A DNA stretch of 64,000 nucleotides from a virus. Taxonomy: Duplodnaviria; Caudoviricetes. Location of the stretch: IMG/VR virus record IMGVR_UViG_3300028197_000002. One strand, given 5' to 3'. Both the position numbers and the translations under genes were made by a program. Of the stretch, positions 37,313-46,738 are shown piece by piece (within the stretch, counting starts at the first letter, position 1; every line of letters starts with the position of its first letter). The notes under the pieces are model-generated. The model searched no databases, was not told the origin of the DNA, and was given only the letters and a program-made list of their open reading frames with translations.

Positions 37313-37594
37313 ATGCTTGGAAAGATTGAAAAAATGAACAAACAGCTACAAGAAGAATACAATAGCGAGGAATGTGAAATTGAAAGTTTTTCTTTTGGAT
37401 CATATGATCCAAATTTTAAAAAGAATAATTCAGTTGTTCCTGAGCAAATTGCTGACATGATTGAAACTGCTTTCATTAAAGCAAAGTGGACTAGACATGA
37501 AAGTTCTACAGAAGAAGAGTGTGAAAGATTTTTTAATGATAGTCTAATGACTTTACGATCAGTTGTTGTTTTAATGGAAACGCAGAAAGGTTGA
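37313..37594 (+). CDS. hypothetical protein
   Basis: AAGGA RBS. Confidence 0.6.
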   Translation: MLGKIEKMNKQLQEEYNSEECEIESFSFGSYDPNFKKNNSVVPEQIADMIETAFIKAKWTRHESSTEEECERFFNDSLMTLRSVVVLMETQKG

Positions 37595-37600
37595 GTCGTT

Positions 37601-37891
37601 ATGAGTAACGATAGCGAAAAAAATAGTGGACTTGGAGTTGTTTTTCTTTTATTTATAGGGTTTTGCCTTGTAATTGGAAGTTGTAATGGCGGTGGTGGTA
37701 GTAGCGATGCGAAAATTGATAAAATAATTAAAGCCAAAGCTATAGTAAAAGGAATGGTGAACTATCCTGACACTTTAAGTTTTCATAATATGTCTACAAG
37801 TGTTAGTGGAAATAATGTTACATTAAAGTTCACTGCAAAGAACGCATTTGGAGTGCCTTCAACTCATACAAAAACAATAACAGTAAACTAA
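37601..37891 (+). CDS. membrane-anchored protein
   Basis: TM helix; YPDTLSF...FTAKNAFG pattern. Confidence 0.65.
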   Translation: MSNDSEKNSGLGVVFLLFIGFCLVIGSCNGGGGSSDAKIDKIIKAKAIVKGMVNYPDTLSFHNMSTSVSGNNVTLKFTAKNAFGVPSTHTKTITVN

Positions 37892-39199
37892 ATGTATGAT
37901 TTAATTTTATGTGTCTTAGCGACAACAAAAAACAATCGCTTAGAACAATTTCAAAAAATAGGCTATAAGCCTACTTCTAAATATAAAACAAAAATAGTCT
38001 TTCTTCAACATAATGAAGAAAGACCTTCTTTCATTAATGAAGATCAAGAATGGCATGATTGTAAAAACGAACATTTCCAAAATAGATTCATAGAATATTT
38101 AAAATATACGAAAGAAGAATTTAGATGGATGATGCAGGTAGATGACGATTCTTGTACTGATTTAGAAGAAACAATCGAATTGCTAGATCACTACTATGAT
38201 TACCAAGACAATATGATGCTAACTGCTTCATGCAGTTTTAAAATAGACGACATTGCTTATTTGAATAGAGACAAAAACGAATTAAAACTTGATACTTTTA
38301 AACTAGACCCTAAACTTCAAAATATCCTTAAAAGTTTTGATGATAAATGTTTTAAGAAAATAGAGGATTCAAATTATTTTGATGTGACACCGCATGTAAC
38401 TACTGGATGGGAGCATTGCGTTTTATCCAAAACAGCGGTTGATAAAATCAAATGGTATGAAAGATTCAATGATTACTTAGAAATCTGTGAAAAAGTTCTA
38501 CCTGAATTTAGCGACCAAGTTCCTTTCGTTTTAGCTAGACTTGCTAAAGTTCCAATTTCCAACTGTCATTTCTTCTCTCCCTTGCCAACGCTTGAGGAAT
38601 ACAGCGTAATTAATAAAAAAGGAAGATTCTCGCATATTCATCATGTAGCAGAATACTTAGATCAAAAAGATGCTTTTGAAAAAGCTATTGAAGAAAAAAT
38701 TGTTTTTAAAGATACGAAACAAACAAAAGAATATCTTGAGTCCGATTTTGAAAACACTTTCTGGATGTTCTATGCGATTAGTCGAGCAAGTGACTCATTT
38801 ATAATTGATGACCCAAGAAATAAAATTGTTTCAAGATGCGCTTTGAAATTTAGAAAAGATCATAGAATTGAATTGCTAAATTATCCAGTGATGAATATAA
38901 ATAGCGAATTTATAGAAGAACAAAATAAATTTTGGGAAATACAACCTTCTTTGGAAAGCCAAGAAAATGAGGAGACAAAGAAGCTCTACGGTGTGAATGG
39001 TCTTAATGATAAAATATTATTTAAAGATGTGAACAACTCTGATAATTTTATTGTTTTCAAGAAAGAGAAAAATGGAACATATTTAAACGAACAAAACAAA
39101 AGTTTTTATGTTCTTTCTAGAATAGACAAATACGACTTGATGTATTTTGCTCATAATAAATTAAACAATCCAAATAGATTAAGTTGGCCCTTAATATAG
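37892..39199 (+). CDS. putative GT-A glycosyltransferase-like protein
   Basis: FRWMMQVDDDS (DxD-type) in the N-terminal half. Confidence 0.5.
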   Translation: MYDLILCVLATTKNNRLEQFQKIGYKPTSKYKTKIVFLQHNEERPSFINEDQEWHDCKNEHFQNRFIEYLKYTKEEFRWMMQVDDDSCTDLEETIELLDHYYDYQDNMMLTASCSFKIDDIAYLNRDKNELKLDTFKLDPKLQNILKSFDDKCFKKIEDSNYFDVTPHVTTGWEHCVLSKTAVDKIKWYERFNDYLEICEKVLPEFSDQVPFVLARLAKVPISNCHFFSPLPTLEEYSVINKKGRFSHIHHVAEYLDQKDAFEKAIEEKIVFKDTKQTKEYLESDFENTFWMFYAISRASDSFIIDDPRNKIVSRCALKFRKDHRIELLNYPVMNINSEFIEEQNKFWEIQPSLESQENEETKKLYGVNGLNDKILFKDVNNSDNFIVFKKEKNGTYLNEQNKSFYVLSRIDKYDLMYFAHNKLNNPNRLSWPLI

Positions 39200-39209
39200 T
39201 TTCCGAGTA
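39197..39209 (+). promoter_or_regulatory. phage promoter motif variant (TAGTTTCCGAGTA)
   Basis: One-base longer variant; TAG is the upstream stop codon. Confidence 0.45.
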
Positions 39210-39212
39210 ACA

Positions 39213-39647
39213 ATGAATACTTCTTATTTTTTTAAAGCCTGTTTTGAAGATGGTACAAATAAAATCATAGAACTCAATGAAAATGAATTGCTTGATCTTT
39301 TAAGACCAGACATTGAGGACTACGCAGAAGACTACATGCTAACATATGAAGAAGCTAATTATGGAAACGTAACAGATATATGGGTAGATACACATGGTTA
39401 CGCTTTAAACATGGACGATTTTTTTAAAAACTACAGACTTAATTCAAAAATTATTGAAGAAAAATGTCCTGAACATAAAAATGAAGATATCTTTTTAGAA
39501 ACTTTAAAAGAAGGTACTTATGAACACACTGTTTGCCACTTAAAATCAAAAGAAGTTCCGTTTAAAATTAATTACGAAGTTGAGATAATTTACACTGAAA
39601 AAAGGATTGCGGCTTACGATCCATATTCAACATGGGATGGTGATTGA
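39213..39647 (+). CDS. hypothetical protein
   Basis: ORF track. Confidence 0.6.
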   Translation: MNTSYFFKACFEDGTNKIIELNENELLDLLRPDIEDYAEDYMLTYEEANYGNVTDIWVDTHGYALNMDDFFKNYRLNSKIIEEKCPEHKNEDIFLETLKEGTYEHTVCHLKSKEVPFKINYEVEIIYTEKRIAAYDPYSTWDGD

Positions 39648-39740
39648 TGCTGCACAACAAAAAGCAAATGAAATCTGCATAAATAAAATTCTATTAGATT
39701 TAACTTTTTTAAATATTATTTAATTTAAAAAAACCAGAAG

Positions 39741-39752
39741 CAGTTTACAGTA
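39741..39752 (+). promoter_or_regulatory. phage promoter motif variant (CAGTTTACAGTA)
   Basis: Family variant with A-tract. Confidence 0.55.
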
Positions 39753-39763
39753 TAAATAGCCAT

Positions 39764-39792
39764 TTGACGATTAATTTGAAATATGAGATAAT
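39764..39792 (+). promoter_or_regulatory. host sigma-70-type promoter
   Basis: TTGACG-N17-GATAAT with extended TG. Confidence 0.6.
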
Positions 39793-39819
39793 GAAACAAA
39801 TCAAGAAAGGATTTTAAAA

Positions 39820-39966
39820 ATGGAAATACTCGGAACTTTATTTGCTCTCTATATCATTTACTTGATATTCTTCGCAAAACCAGACACTTCCTCTACGTCT
39901 TACAGGTTAGGTAAAGGTCTTGGAAGTAAAACTAAAAAATTAGGTAAATGGATGATGGATGATTGA
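39820..39966 (+). CDS. small membrane protein (48 aa, not in ORF track)
   Basis: AAGGA RBS; MEILGTLFALYIIYLIFFAKPDTSSTSYRLGKGLGSKTKKLGKWMMDD. Confidence 0.65.
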   Translation: MEILGTLFALYIIYLIFFAKPDTSSTSYRLGKGLGSKTKKLGKWMMDD

Positions 39967-39983
39967 TTAAAAAATTTCTCAAG

Positions 39984-39995
39984 TAGTTTGCGTTA
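39984..39995 (+). promoter_or_regulatory. phage promoter motif (TAGTTTGCGTTA)
   Basis: Family member, precedes a 29-aa hydrophobic ORF at 40016. Confidence 0.7.
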
Positions 39996-40104
39996 AAGGA
40001 AGAACAAGAACAATAATGACCGTTTTGACTATAAATTTAGTTGTTTTATTTGTCATGGGTTTGGTTACAGTGACTTTTTTAAACATCACAGGAAAAGACT
40101 GGTA

Positions 40105-40410
40105 ATGGAAAAAAAATATTCACAAATATTGCATAGACTTAGCGATACAGACCAGTTTATTGTAAAAGCGGCTTTAAGTTATGCACTTTCTAATTGCATG
40201 GATATGAACTCCGCATTGAGCGTGTGTCCTTATTGTAGTGGAGACTGTCTATTGTATCCTGATGACGGAGAAAGCGGCTGTGACGGGTATCTAGGCGATA
40301 CTGACGGGCTATTGTCAGACCGAAAACCAGATGATCGTATTGAAGTACAAGGAAATTACGGAAATTCGATTTCAGAAGAAGAAATTGAAAGAATTTTAGA
40401 AAAAATTTAA
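40105..40410 (+). CDS. hypothetical protein with Cys motif
   Basis: CPYC.GDC...GCDG. Confidence 0.6.
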   Translation: MEKKYSQILHRLSDTDQFIVKAALSYALSNCMDMNSALSVCPYCSGDCLLYPDDGESGCDGYLGDTDGLLSDRKPDDRIEVQGNYGNSISEEEIERILEKI

Positions 40411-40413
40411 TAT

Positions 40414-40425
40414 TAGTTCATGGTA
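40414..40425 (+). promoter_or_regulatory. phage promoter motif (TAGTTCATGGTA)
   Basis: Family member. Confidence 0.7.
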
Positions 40426-40443
40426 ATAATTGAGGCATTAAAA

Positions 40444-40557
40444 ATGAATACGACTACAGCACCAACTACTACACCTACTAAAACTCCTACTGAAAAACCT
40501 AAGCAAAAACCTTTTAATCCTAAAAAGCCTGAAAAACTTCCTGAACCGAAAAACTAA
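40444..40557 (+). CDS. Thr/Pro/Lys-rich micropeptide (37 aa, not in ORF track)
   Basis: GAGG RBS; MNTTTAPTTTPTKTPTEKPKQKPFNPKKPEKLPEPKN. Confidence 0.6.
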   Translation: MNTTTAPTTTPTKTPTEKPKQKPFNPKKPEKLPEPKN

Positions 40558-40559
40558 TT

Positions 40560-41600
40560 ATGTACGACAACTCTCTACACGTTAATCCATCTATTCGCAA
40601 TTTCTGGAAAAATATTAAAAAGAACAATGGTGATTCTCACCCATTTAAAAAGAATAGAAATTTAGTTTTCTTTGGTGATTCTTTATCGAGAAAATCTTTT
40701 GAATATATCAATCAAAGAATGGAAAAACTTGGAGTAATATATAATATCGGACATATCCAAGAATCATTCTTTAAGGTAATGTCTACTGAATCTGGCAAGA
40801 CGGAAGAATTGAGGAATCTTGCTGTCGAAACAGTATCTTGTATCTTTCCTGATATTCCCGAAGATATTTTTAATCCTAGTTTGAATGAAGATTCAAATAT
40901 TGAATTAAATCAGACAGAAGAAAAAAATGATGGTGACTACGATTATGATTTGTTAAATCAAGATTTGAAAGATAAGATCAACAAAAGAATCTTATTGAAT
41001 TGTCTTGTTCAAGGTGCAAGTATTCATTCTTATTATACTTTGCATCATCTAGCTAAAGAAAAGATAGACAGTATTAGTCCAGAACTAATGAGTCTTTATG
41101 ACGATTTTGCTGTAAACTCTGTCCGATCATATTTCAGTATTGATTATTCCGCTATGCTTGAAGATGCTGCTATGGCTCAATCAGGTGCTTTGGGTAGTTC
41201 AAAAGTAGAATTTGATGAGAATAATGATCCGCAAATTACTGCTAGTGCAAAATCTTTTCCTATTTTATGTCAAGAGTTAGTAAAAGGTGCTATGGAACTA
41301 ATTACCATGCACTCGTTAGAAGATGAAAGCGAAGAAGATTTAAAAGTTATCTATTACTTTGCAGACAAGAGAGTAGATGAACCAAGGTATATTCAAATTG
41401 GAAGTGAAGTTTGGAGGAGCATTTTAAATTTAAATAAGACAACTAAAATGCAACTTCCAGAATTAGTTATGAAAATCAGTCTTTTGGATTCTGAGAAAAC
41501 AGAAATGTTTTTTGAAAGTTTATTTGAAGGCAACATTGAAGATGCCTCTAGTTTTTTAGCCGAAGAAGAAAATGAAGAAGAATTAAATTATTTTGATTAA
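40560..41600 (+). CDS. conserved large-phage protein
   Basis: KRILLNCLVQGAS...FPILCQELVKG..E pattern. Confidence 0.7.
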   Translation: MYDNSLHVNPSIRNFWKNIKKNNGDSHPFKKNRNLVFFGDSLSRKSFEYINQRMEKLGVIYNIGHIQESFFKVMSTESGKTEELRNLAVETVSCIFPDIPEDIFNPSLNEDSNIELNQTEEKNDGDYDYDLLNQDLKDKINKRILLNCLVQGASIHSYYTLHHLAKEKIDSISPELMSLYDDFAVNSVRSYFSIDYSAMLEDAAMAQSGALGSSKVEFDENNDPQITASAKSFPILCQELVKGAMELITMHSLEDESEEDLKVIYYFADKRVDEPRYIQIGSEVWRSILNLNKTTKMQLPELVMKISLLDSEKTEMFFESLFEGNIEDASSFLAEEENEEELNYFD

Positions 41601-41612
41601 AAAAAATCAAAG

Positions 41613-41624
41613 TAGTTTCTGGTA
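41613..41624 (+). promoter_or_regulatory. phage promoter motif (TAGTTTCTGGTA)
   Basis: Family member. Confidence 0.8.
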
Positions 41625-41667
41625 GAAGCAGAGGAACAGCGACCAACAATTTTTCTAAGGTGTAAAA

Positions 41668-43857
41668 ATGAAGATTAACGAAATCAAAAACAGTATTCAA
41701 ACTAATTCTGATAGTCAAGAATCTCACGAATTTACTATTGGCGATGTAAGTACGATCATTGAAATTCTTCGTAATCGTCTTTATTCTAAGCCAATTCAAA
41801 CTCTTACTCAAGAGTATATGTGTAATGCTAGGGATGCTCATAGAGAAGCAGAGAGAGATGGTGTAGAAGGTGCTTCTAAGCGTCCTGTTCAAGTTACTCT
41901 GCCTACTGAACTTGAAAGCGTAATCAAGTTTCGTGATTTTGGTCTTGGTCTTAGCAAACAAAGAGTAGCAGAAGTTTTCGTTAAGTACGGAGTTTCTACA
42001 AAAAGATCAGACAATCTCGAAACAGGTGGTTTTGGTCTTGGTGCTAAAAGTGCATGGGCATATACCGATAGCTTTGTAGTTGTTAGTTACCATAAAGGGA
42101 CTTGCTCTACTTATGTTGCTCATACTGGCAAAAATAAAAATGGAACTTTTGAACTTGTAAGCGAAGAACCAACTTCCGAGCCAAATGGCATCGAAGTTCA
42201 AGTTCCCGTAAAGTCATCTGACATTTACAAGTTTAAGAATGCTGTCTATCGAACCGCTATGTTCTGGGAAGTTAAGCCAGAACTAAAAGGCATTGCCCCG
42301 ATTGAAATTCCAACGGAATTTTCAAAAAATGATTCTATCAAGTTTCAAAAAGATGGAATCATCATTACAGATCAAACTGATTTTATTAAAAATATTTACA
42401 ACTGTGGATACTCTGACAAACTTTTTGTTTTGATTGATGACATTCCATACAATGTTTCAAAATTTGTTTATGAAATTGATGAAGTTCGTTCTATCCATGA
42501 CGTTGTTCGTAATGGCTTCACGTTCATTCACATTGACAATGGTGCTGTAGATGTTGCTGCCTCAAGAGAAGAAATCAGCAATGATGATAACAATAAAGAA
42601 AAAGTCCGAGCGTTTTGTAAAAATGCTATGGGTAAATTCAGAGAGATTTCCGAAAGAGAATTGAAGAAAGAACATAATCGTCTTTCAGACTTTGAAGAAT
42701 CTTGCAACAAACTAAGCGACACTTTTACTTTGTCTAGTATTGAAGGTCTTGATTTAACATACTCTAAAAATGGGTTGTCTTTTCACTTCAACTATGCTGG
42801 ACGGTACAAGTGTGATAGTCTGACTAGCATTAGAAAAATCGAAGAAGAACATCAAAGAGGCAGAACTTGCGTTACCATTAAAGAGTGTAGTGAAATCAGT
42901 TACCATGAAAGTAATGGTTCATACGCAATTCTTCTTGAAGATAAAGAATTTAGTAAAATTCTTCAAAAAAGAAAAGCCAAAAAGTTATTTAGTCAAGGAT
43001 ACAAACGAGTGTATCTGGCAGATTGTCCTAGTGAGCATGAGACTGCTTTACAAGAAATTGCAAACGCTAAGTTTATCTCTACTATCCAACATGATAAGAT
43101 TGGTGGTAGTAGTGGACAACTAAAAGGCAAGGATGAAATAATCCTTCGTTTCTTAACTTCCGATGGTAGCAGATCATACAATCATAAGGTATCTTCTAGC
43201 CATAACGAAACAAAAAAGATTGATTCGTTTGAAGATGACGAACAGATGTATGTCGCTGTTCCTTTTGGTTCCAGCCTAGACTCTGAAAGTCGTGAATACA
43301 ATTACCTTGTCCGATTCATTTCAGGAAAAGATAATTGGAACATCATTAGACTTAGTAAAAAAGATTATGCAAAAGCATTAATGCTCGACCAATTCATTAG
43401 TTATGAGGATATGCTTTCTAACTTTGAAGAACATTTCCCTGTTTCAAATGAAGAAATTGAAAAGTTTGTTTATGCAAGATCAAACATGAACTTAATTAAA
43501 CTCAGAGGACTGAAAACTCGAATTGATTGTCCGATGGTTAATGGTTTGATTGGCATGTATCCTAAATTTGATTCTGATTCTTTGAATAGAAGAAATGCAA
43601 GATGTGATAGAACCAGACATCTTTACGAAAAGTTTTACTCTCACTACAAAACTGCAAACAAAAAGATGGAGGAGATTACAGCGAAAGAAGAAGAAGTTTG
43701 TGAATCCTATCCTTTGCTGAGTGGTTTTATGAATGGATATGACGAACAGCTAGAAGAATATGTTTACTATATCAATGAAAAAAGCAAAGTCATTCGTGGG
43801 TTAAAGTCTGCTGATGGAAAACTCAAGATCAGGATACGAAAGAATGCGAAGCAATAA
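41668..43857 (+). CDS. rIIA: rIIA-like GHKL ATPase
   Basis: LYS.PI.....EY.CNARDAH, FRDFGLGLS, GGFGLGAKS..AYTDSF, NGIEV.VP. Confidence 0.88.
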   Translation: MKINEIKNSIQTNSDSQESHEFTIGDVSTIIEILRNRLYSKPIQTLTQEYMCNARDAHREAERDGVEGASKRPVQVTLPTELESVIKFRDFGLGLSKQRVAEVFVKYGVSTKRSDNLETGGFGLGAKSAWAYTDSFVVVSYHKGTCSTYVAHTGKNKNGTFELVSEEPTSEPNGIEVQVPVKSSDIYKFKNAVYRTAMFWEVKPELKGIAPIEIPTEFSKNDSIKFQKDGIIITDQTDFIKNIYNCGYSDKLFVLIDDIPYNVSKFVYEIDEVRSIHDVVRNGFTFIHIDNGAVDVAASREEISNDDNNKEKVRAFCKNAMGKFREISERELKKEHNRLSDFEESCNKLSDTFTLSSIEGLDLTYSKNGLSFHFNYAGRYKCDSLTSIRKIEEEHQRGRTCVTIKECSEISYHESNGSYAILLEDKEFSKILQKRKAKKLFSQGYKRVYLADCPSEHETALQEIANAKFISTIQHDKIGGSSGQLKGKDEIILRFLTSDGSRSYNHKVSSSHNETKKIDSFEDDEQMYVAVPFGSSLDSESREYNYLVRFISGKDNWNIIRLSKKDYAKALMLDQFISYEDMLSNFEEHFPVSNEEIEKFVYARSNMNLIKLRGLKTRIDCPMVNGLIGMYPKFDSDSLNRRNARCDRTRHLYEKFYSHYKTANKKMEEITAKEEEVCESYPLLSGFMNGYDEQLEEYVYYINEKSKVIRGLKSADGKLKIRIRKNAKQ

Positions 43858-44098
43858 AATAGCTTATTTTTCTCCCGTTTTGATTGATCTGTGTAAATTT
43901 CAAGATGATATAAAATGTCCAGAAATGAAAAGACTTCTTTGGTTTTATGAAAAATTTAAATCTCTCGAAGAACTTCAAGAAAAAACATTTGAAAAATATC
44001 CTCTTTTGAAATCTTATTCAGGCGATCATGTTGAAGAATACATTTATTACATAAATGAAAAATCCAAACTAGATTCAGTAGAAAAAAATTCAGAGTAG
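43844..44098 (+). CDS. stand-alone paralog of the rIIA C-terminal segment
   Basis: YPLL..Y....VEEYIYYINEKSK matches rIIA YPLL...LEEYVYYINEKSK. Confidence 0.65.
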   Translation: MRSNKIAYFSPVLIDLCKFQDDIKCPEMKRLLWFYEKFKSLEELQEKTFEKYPLLKSYSGDHVEEYIYYINEKSKLDSVEKNSE

Positions 44099-44107
44099 TT
44101 TATGGTA
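44096..44107 (+). promoter_or_regulatory. phage promoter motif (TAGTTTATGGTA)
   Basis: Family member. Confidence 0.8.
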
Positions 44108-44143
44108 ATCTTGTAAGACAACAACCAACAGCAGGTCAAGATC

Positions 44144-45466
44144 ATGAAATACTTTCTTCTTTCTAATAGCGTGGTAATCACCATTGCTGACAAAACATAC
44201 ACTGTAAGCGTCGATGATTATCGTTTTGAAAAAATTAAGAGTTGTATTGAACTTGATGATCTTGATTCTGTTCAAGAGATTGTTGAGCCAAATAATCATC
44301 TGAATAAGAAAGGTCTTGCTGTTGAGGATGGGCTAGTCATGTTCAAGGGCGAAGCTATTCCGAGTATTCTTGGAGATAAATTTAAGAATTGTGAACAAGA
44401 TAGCTTTGATTTCAAAAGCAGTTTCAACTTTTGGTTCAATATGAAAACAAGAGTTAATGAAGAAATTGCTTCTAAACTTATCAATGAGTTAATTAGCAAA
44501 AAAGCATATGCCTTGACCGAAGATGGTTTCTATTTTGTTTATGATGATTCAAGCGTTGACCAAACTCAAAATAAATTAAATAAAAAACATAATTCATCAA
44601 ATGAATTTTTTCATTTTTATAATTTCTCTAATTGCCCTACAAACTATCATGGTCTTTTTGCTTCAAAAAGAAATATCGACAATATAATTGAAGAAGTTTT
44701 TGGATTTAATACCAAAAAATTAAAAAGTTTTGTTTTAGATAATCTTTTTAAACAACAAGATAATTTCATTAATTATAAATTTTTGTTTTATGGTCAAGCG
44801 TTCATAAACGTCCTGAACAATGACAATCTTTTTTATGCTATTGAAAACGATCTGCTTGATGTGACTATTGGCGATGTAGACTCATATAGCAATCTCAACA
44901 CGTTTTTGGTAGATTACTCTAAAGAAAAAAGTGGGAGTCTGAATCAGCAAAAGGTTCTTAACTTTATCAAGAGTTGTGAAGATCACATGCAACTGTCTGA
45001 AATTGGAACTTTTTATGTTGCTGTAAAAGATGCTTTCTCAATCGACATGCGAAATGTTGGGTTGTCAAACAACTGTGAAGAAATTTACAAATATTTAAAA
45101 ACAGAATATGAAAAAATTTCAGACCCATTGTTTCCTTTGAATAATGATCCTCTTATTGAAAGATTAGAAGATAAGGAAATCGGAAAGTATTTCAGAATTA
45201 TGGTTCCAACAACGAATTATGATTTAAAAGAGTGGAGCAATATTTTGCAAAATTGCATCCATTCATATTCCCAACAAATTAAAGAGAAAAAGTGTCAGAT
45301 TATTGCTGTCATAGATCAGAAAACAAATGAAATGCTCTATCATGTTGAAATTAGACGCAAGCAAATTCATCAGTTTAGAGGTCGAGGAAATGAATCGCCA
45401 GAAGGTAATGATGAACGGATTGTGGGCGATTTTCTTAAAAAAGAAGGAATAATTTACAATGAGTGA
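44144..45466 (+). CDS. rIIB-like N-terminal domain fused to PcfJ-like C-terminal domain
   Basis: Follows rIIA; GLVMFKGEAIP..L...NFW...ALTEDG (rIIB N-term); P.T..DL..W...LQNCI.SY...VEI....I.QFRG.GN (PcfJ-like). Confidence 0.7.
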   Translation: MKYFLLSNSVVITIADKTYTVSVDDYRFEKIKSCIELDDLDSVQEIVEPNNHLNKKGLAVEDGLVMFKGEAIPSILGDKFKNCEQDSFDFKSSFNFWFNMKTRVNEEIASKLINELISKKAYALTEDGFYFVYDDSSVDQTQNKLNKKHNSSNEFFHFYNFSNCPTNYHGLFASKRNIDNIIEEVFGFNTKKLKSFVLDNLFKQQDNFINYKFLFYGQAFINVLNNDNLFYAIENDLLDVTIGDVDSYSNLNTFLVDYSKEKSGSLNQQKVLNFIKSCEDHMQLSEIGTFYVAVKDAFSIDMRNVGLSNNCEEIYKYLKTEYEKISDPLFPLNNDPLIERLEDKEIGKYFRIMVPTTNYDLKEWSNILQNCIHSYSQQIKEKKCQIIAVIDQKTNEMLYHVEIRRKQIHQFRGRGNESPEGNDERIVGDFLKKEGIIYNE

Positions 45467-45716
45467 GTTCTATTGCAGTAGTCAATCAAATATAAAACTC
45501 GTCGCTACAACAAAAAATTTACTTTTTCTTGTAACAGCATACGGAATAGTTAAATTAATAAAAAATAAAGACAGAAAAAAAGACAAAAGAATAGAAAAAG
45601 TCTTTCTTGAGCTAGAAAAGTTAAAAGAAAGCAAACAATTAAAAGTCTTTGAAAATGAAGATGAAATTCTACTTTTGGCAAATGATAAAGTCATAAAACA
45701 TAGTTTTATTTTATAA
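45459..45716 (+). CDS. hypothetical protein
   Basis: ORF track. Confidence 0.5.
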   Translation: MSEFYCSSQSNIKLVATTKNLLFLVTAYGIVKLIKNKDRKKDKRIEKVFLELEKLKESKQLKVFENEDEILLLANDKVIKHSFIL

Positions 45717-45727
45717 AATTTACCAAG

Positions 45728-45739
45728 TAGTTTCTGGTA
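45728..45739 (+). promoter_or_regulatory. phage promoter motif (TAGTTTCTGGTA)
   Basis: Family member. Confidence 0.8.
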
Positions 45740-45827
45740 AACATATGAAACAAGTCAAAGTAAAAATAAAAACCGAGCAAGACAAGGAATTGCTCAACAA
45801 AATTATAAAAGCAATAAAGGGAAATTC

Positions 45828-46112
45828 ATGTACCCAGACTCAAACGTAGATTTTATAAGAAATCATTATCCTGATTCAACACTTGCTGTAGGATTCGATA
45901 AAGCGATTGTTGGTTATGATGCTTCCAGCGGAACCGTTATTTATCACTATGATATTTGCGTTAGTATCTTGGAGCAAGAAGGAATGGTAAGAGATGAAGC
46001 ACTAGAACATATGGAATATAATGTGGTAGGATCAAAATACGGCGATCTAACTCCAATTTTCATGCACACACTTCCTTTTGAACTGAAACATGACCGAGCC
46101 GGAAAAACCTAA
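45828..46112 (+). CDS. conserved phage protein
   Basis: GFDKAIVG...VIY.YD..V.IL...EA.E.MEYNV.G....TPIF. Confidence 0.7.
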   Translation: MYPDSNVDFIRNHYPDSTLAVGFDKAIVGYDASSGTVIYHYDICVSILEQEGMVRDEALEHMEYNVVGSKYGDLTPIFMHTLPFELKHDRAGKT

Positions 46113-46302
46113 AGACAAGTATACTCTTACTGTTGTAAAAGCAGAATATAGCTATGTTGAAATAGACGTAGAAAGCGACAATATTGAAGATGCCCATAAT
46201 CAAGCCATGAAAAAAGCAGAAGAAGTAAGTTTCCCTGAAAGTCTTGAAAAAGATTACAGCGTTAGAACAATAATTAAAAACGGCAGACCATTAATTTACT
46301 AA
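46090..46302 (+). CDS. hypothetical protein
   Basis: ORF track. Confidence 0.6.
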   Translation: MTEPEKPKDKYTLTVVKAEYSYVEIDVESDNIEDAHNQAMKKAEEVSFPESLEKDYSVRTIIKNGRPLIY

Positions 46303-46315
46303 AAGGAAATACGAA

Positions 46316-46672
46316 ATGAATGCTCATAGAACATTTTTTGCTTTGGCTATTTTTAGTATTTTTATTTCTCCCTGTTTCAGTGCCGAAAAGCTATTCCTTG
46401 AAGGAGCCAAACATAAAGCTATCACTGACGGTGGTGGCGAAACCGACAAGCGATGGATGATGGGTTTCTTTACTGGTTATATAAATGGTGTTTTAGACTC
46501 TAAAGCTATTCCAGAACCAAAGACACTAAATCGTGGGCAGATATGTTCAATGACTGCAACTTTTATTCAACAAAATCCCCAACAGCATCATAAAAGTGAA
46601 ATTGATCTTGTACGTGCTGCGATACAGAAGATGGAACCAGCACCCCAACCCCAACCGTCAAGTATTAGGTGA
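46316..46672 (+). CDS. secreted Rap1a immunity-like protein
   Basis: Signal peptide; GYINGVLD....P.....GQI......FI.QNP......LV..A pattern. Confidence 0.5.
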   Translation: MNAHRTFFALAIFSIFISPCFSAEKLFLEGAKHKAITDGGGETDKRWMMGFFTGYINGVLDSKAIPEPKTLNRGQICSMTATFIQQNPQQHHKSEIDLVRAAIQKMEPAPQPQPSSIR

Positions 46673-46690
46673 AATAAAAATATTTAATAG

Positions 46691-46702
46691 TAGTCTCTGG
46701 TA
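46691..46702 (+). promoter_or_regulatory. phage promoter motif (TAGTCTCTGGTA)
   Basis: Family member. Confidence 0.7.
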
Positions 46703-46738
46703 ATAATAAGAAAGCAAATTACCTAAAGGAAAACGCAA

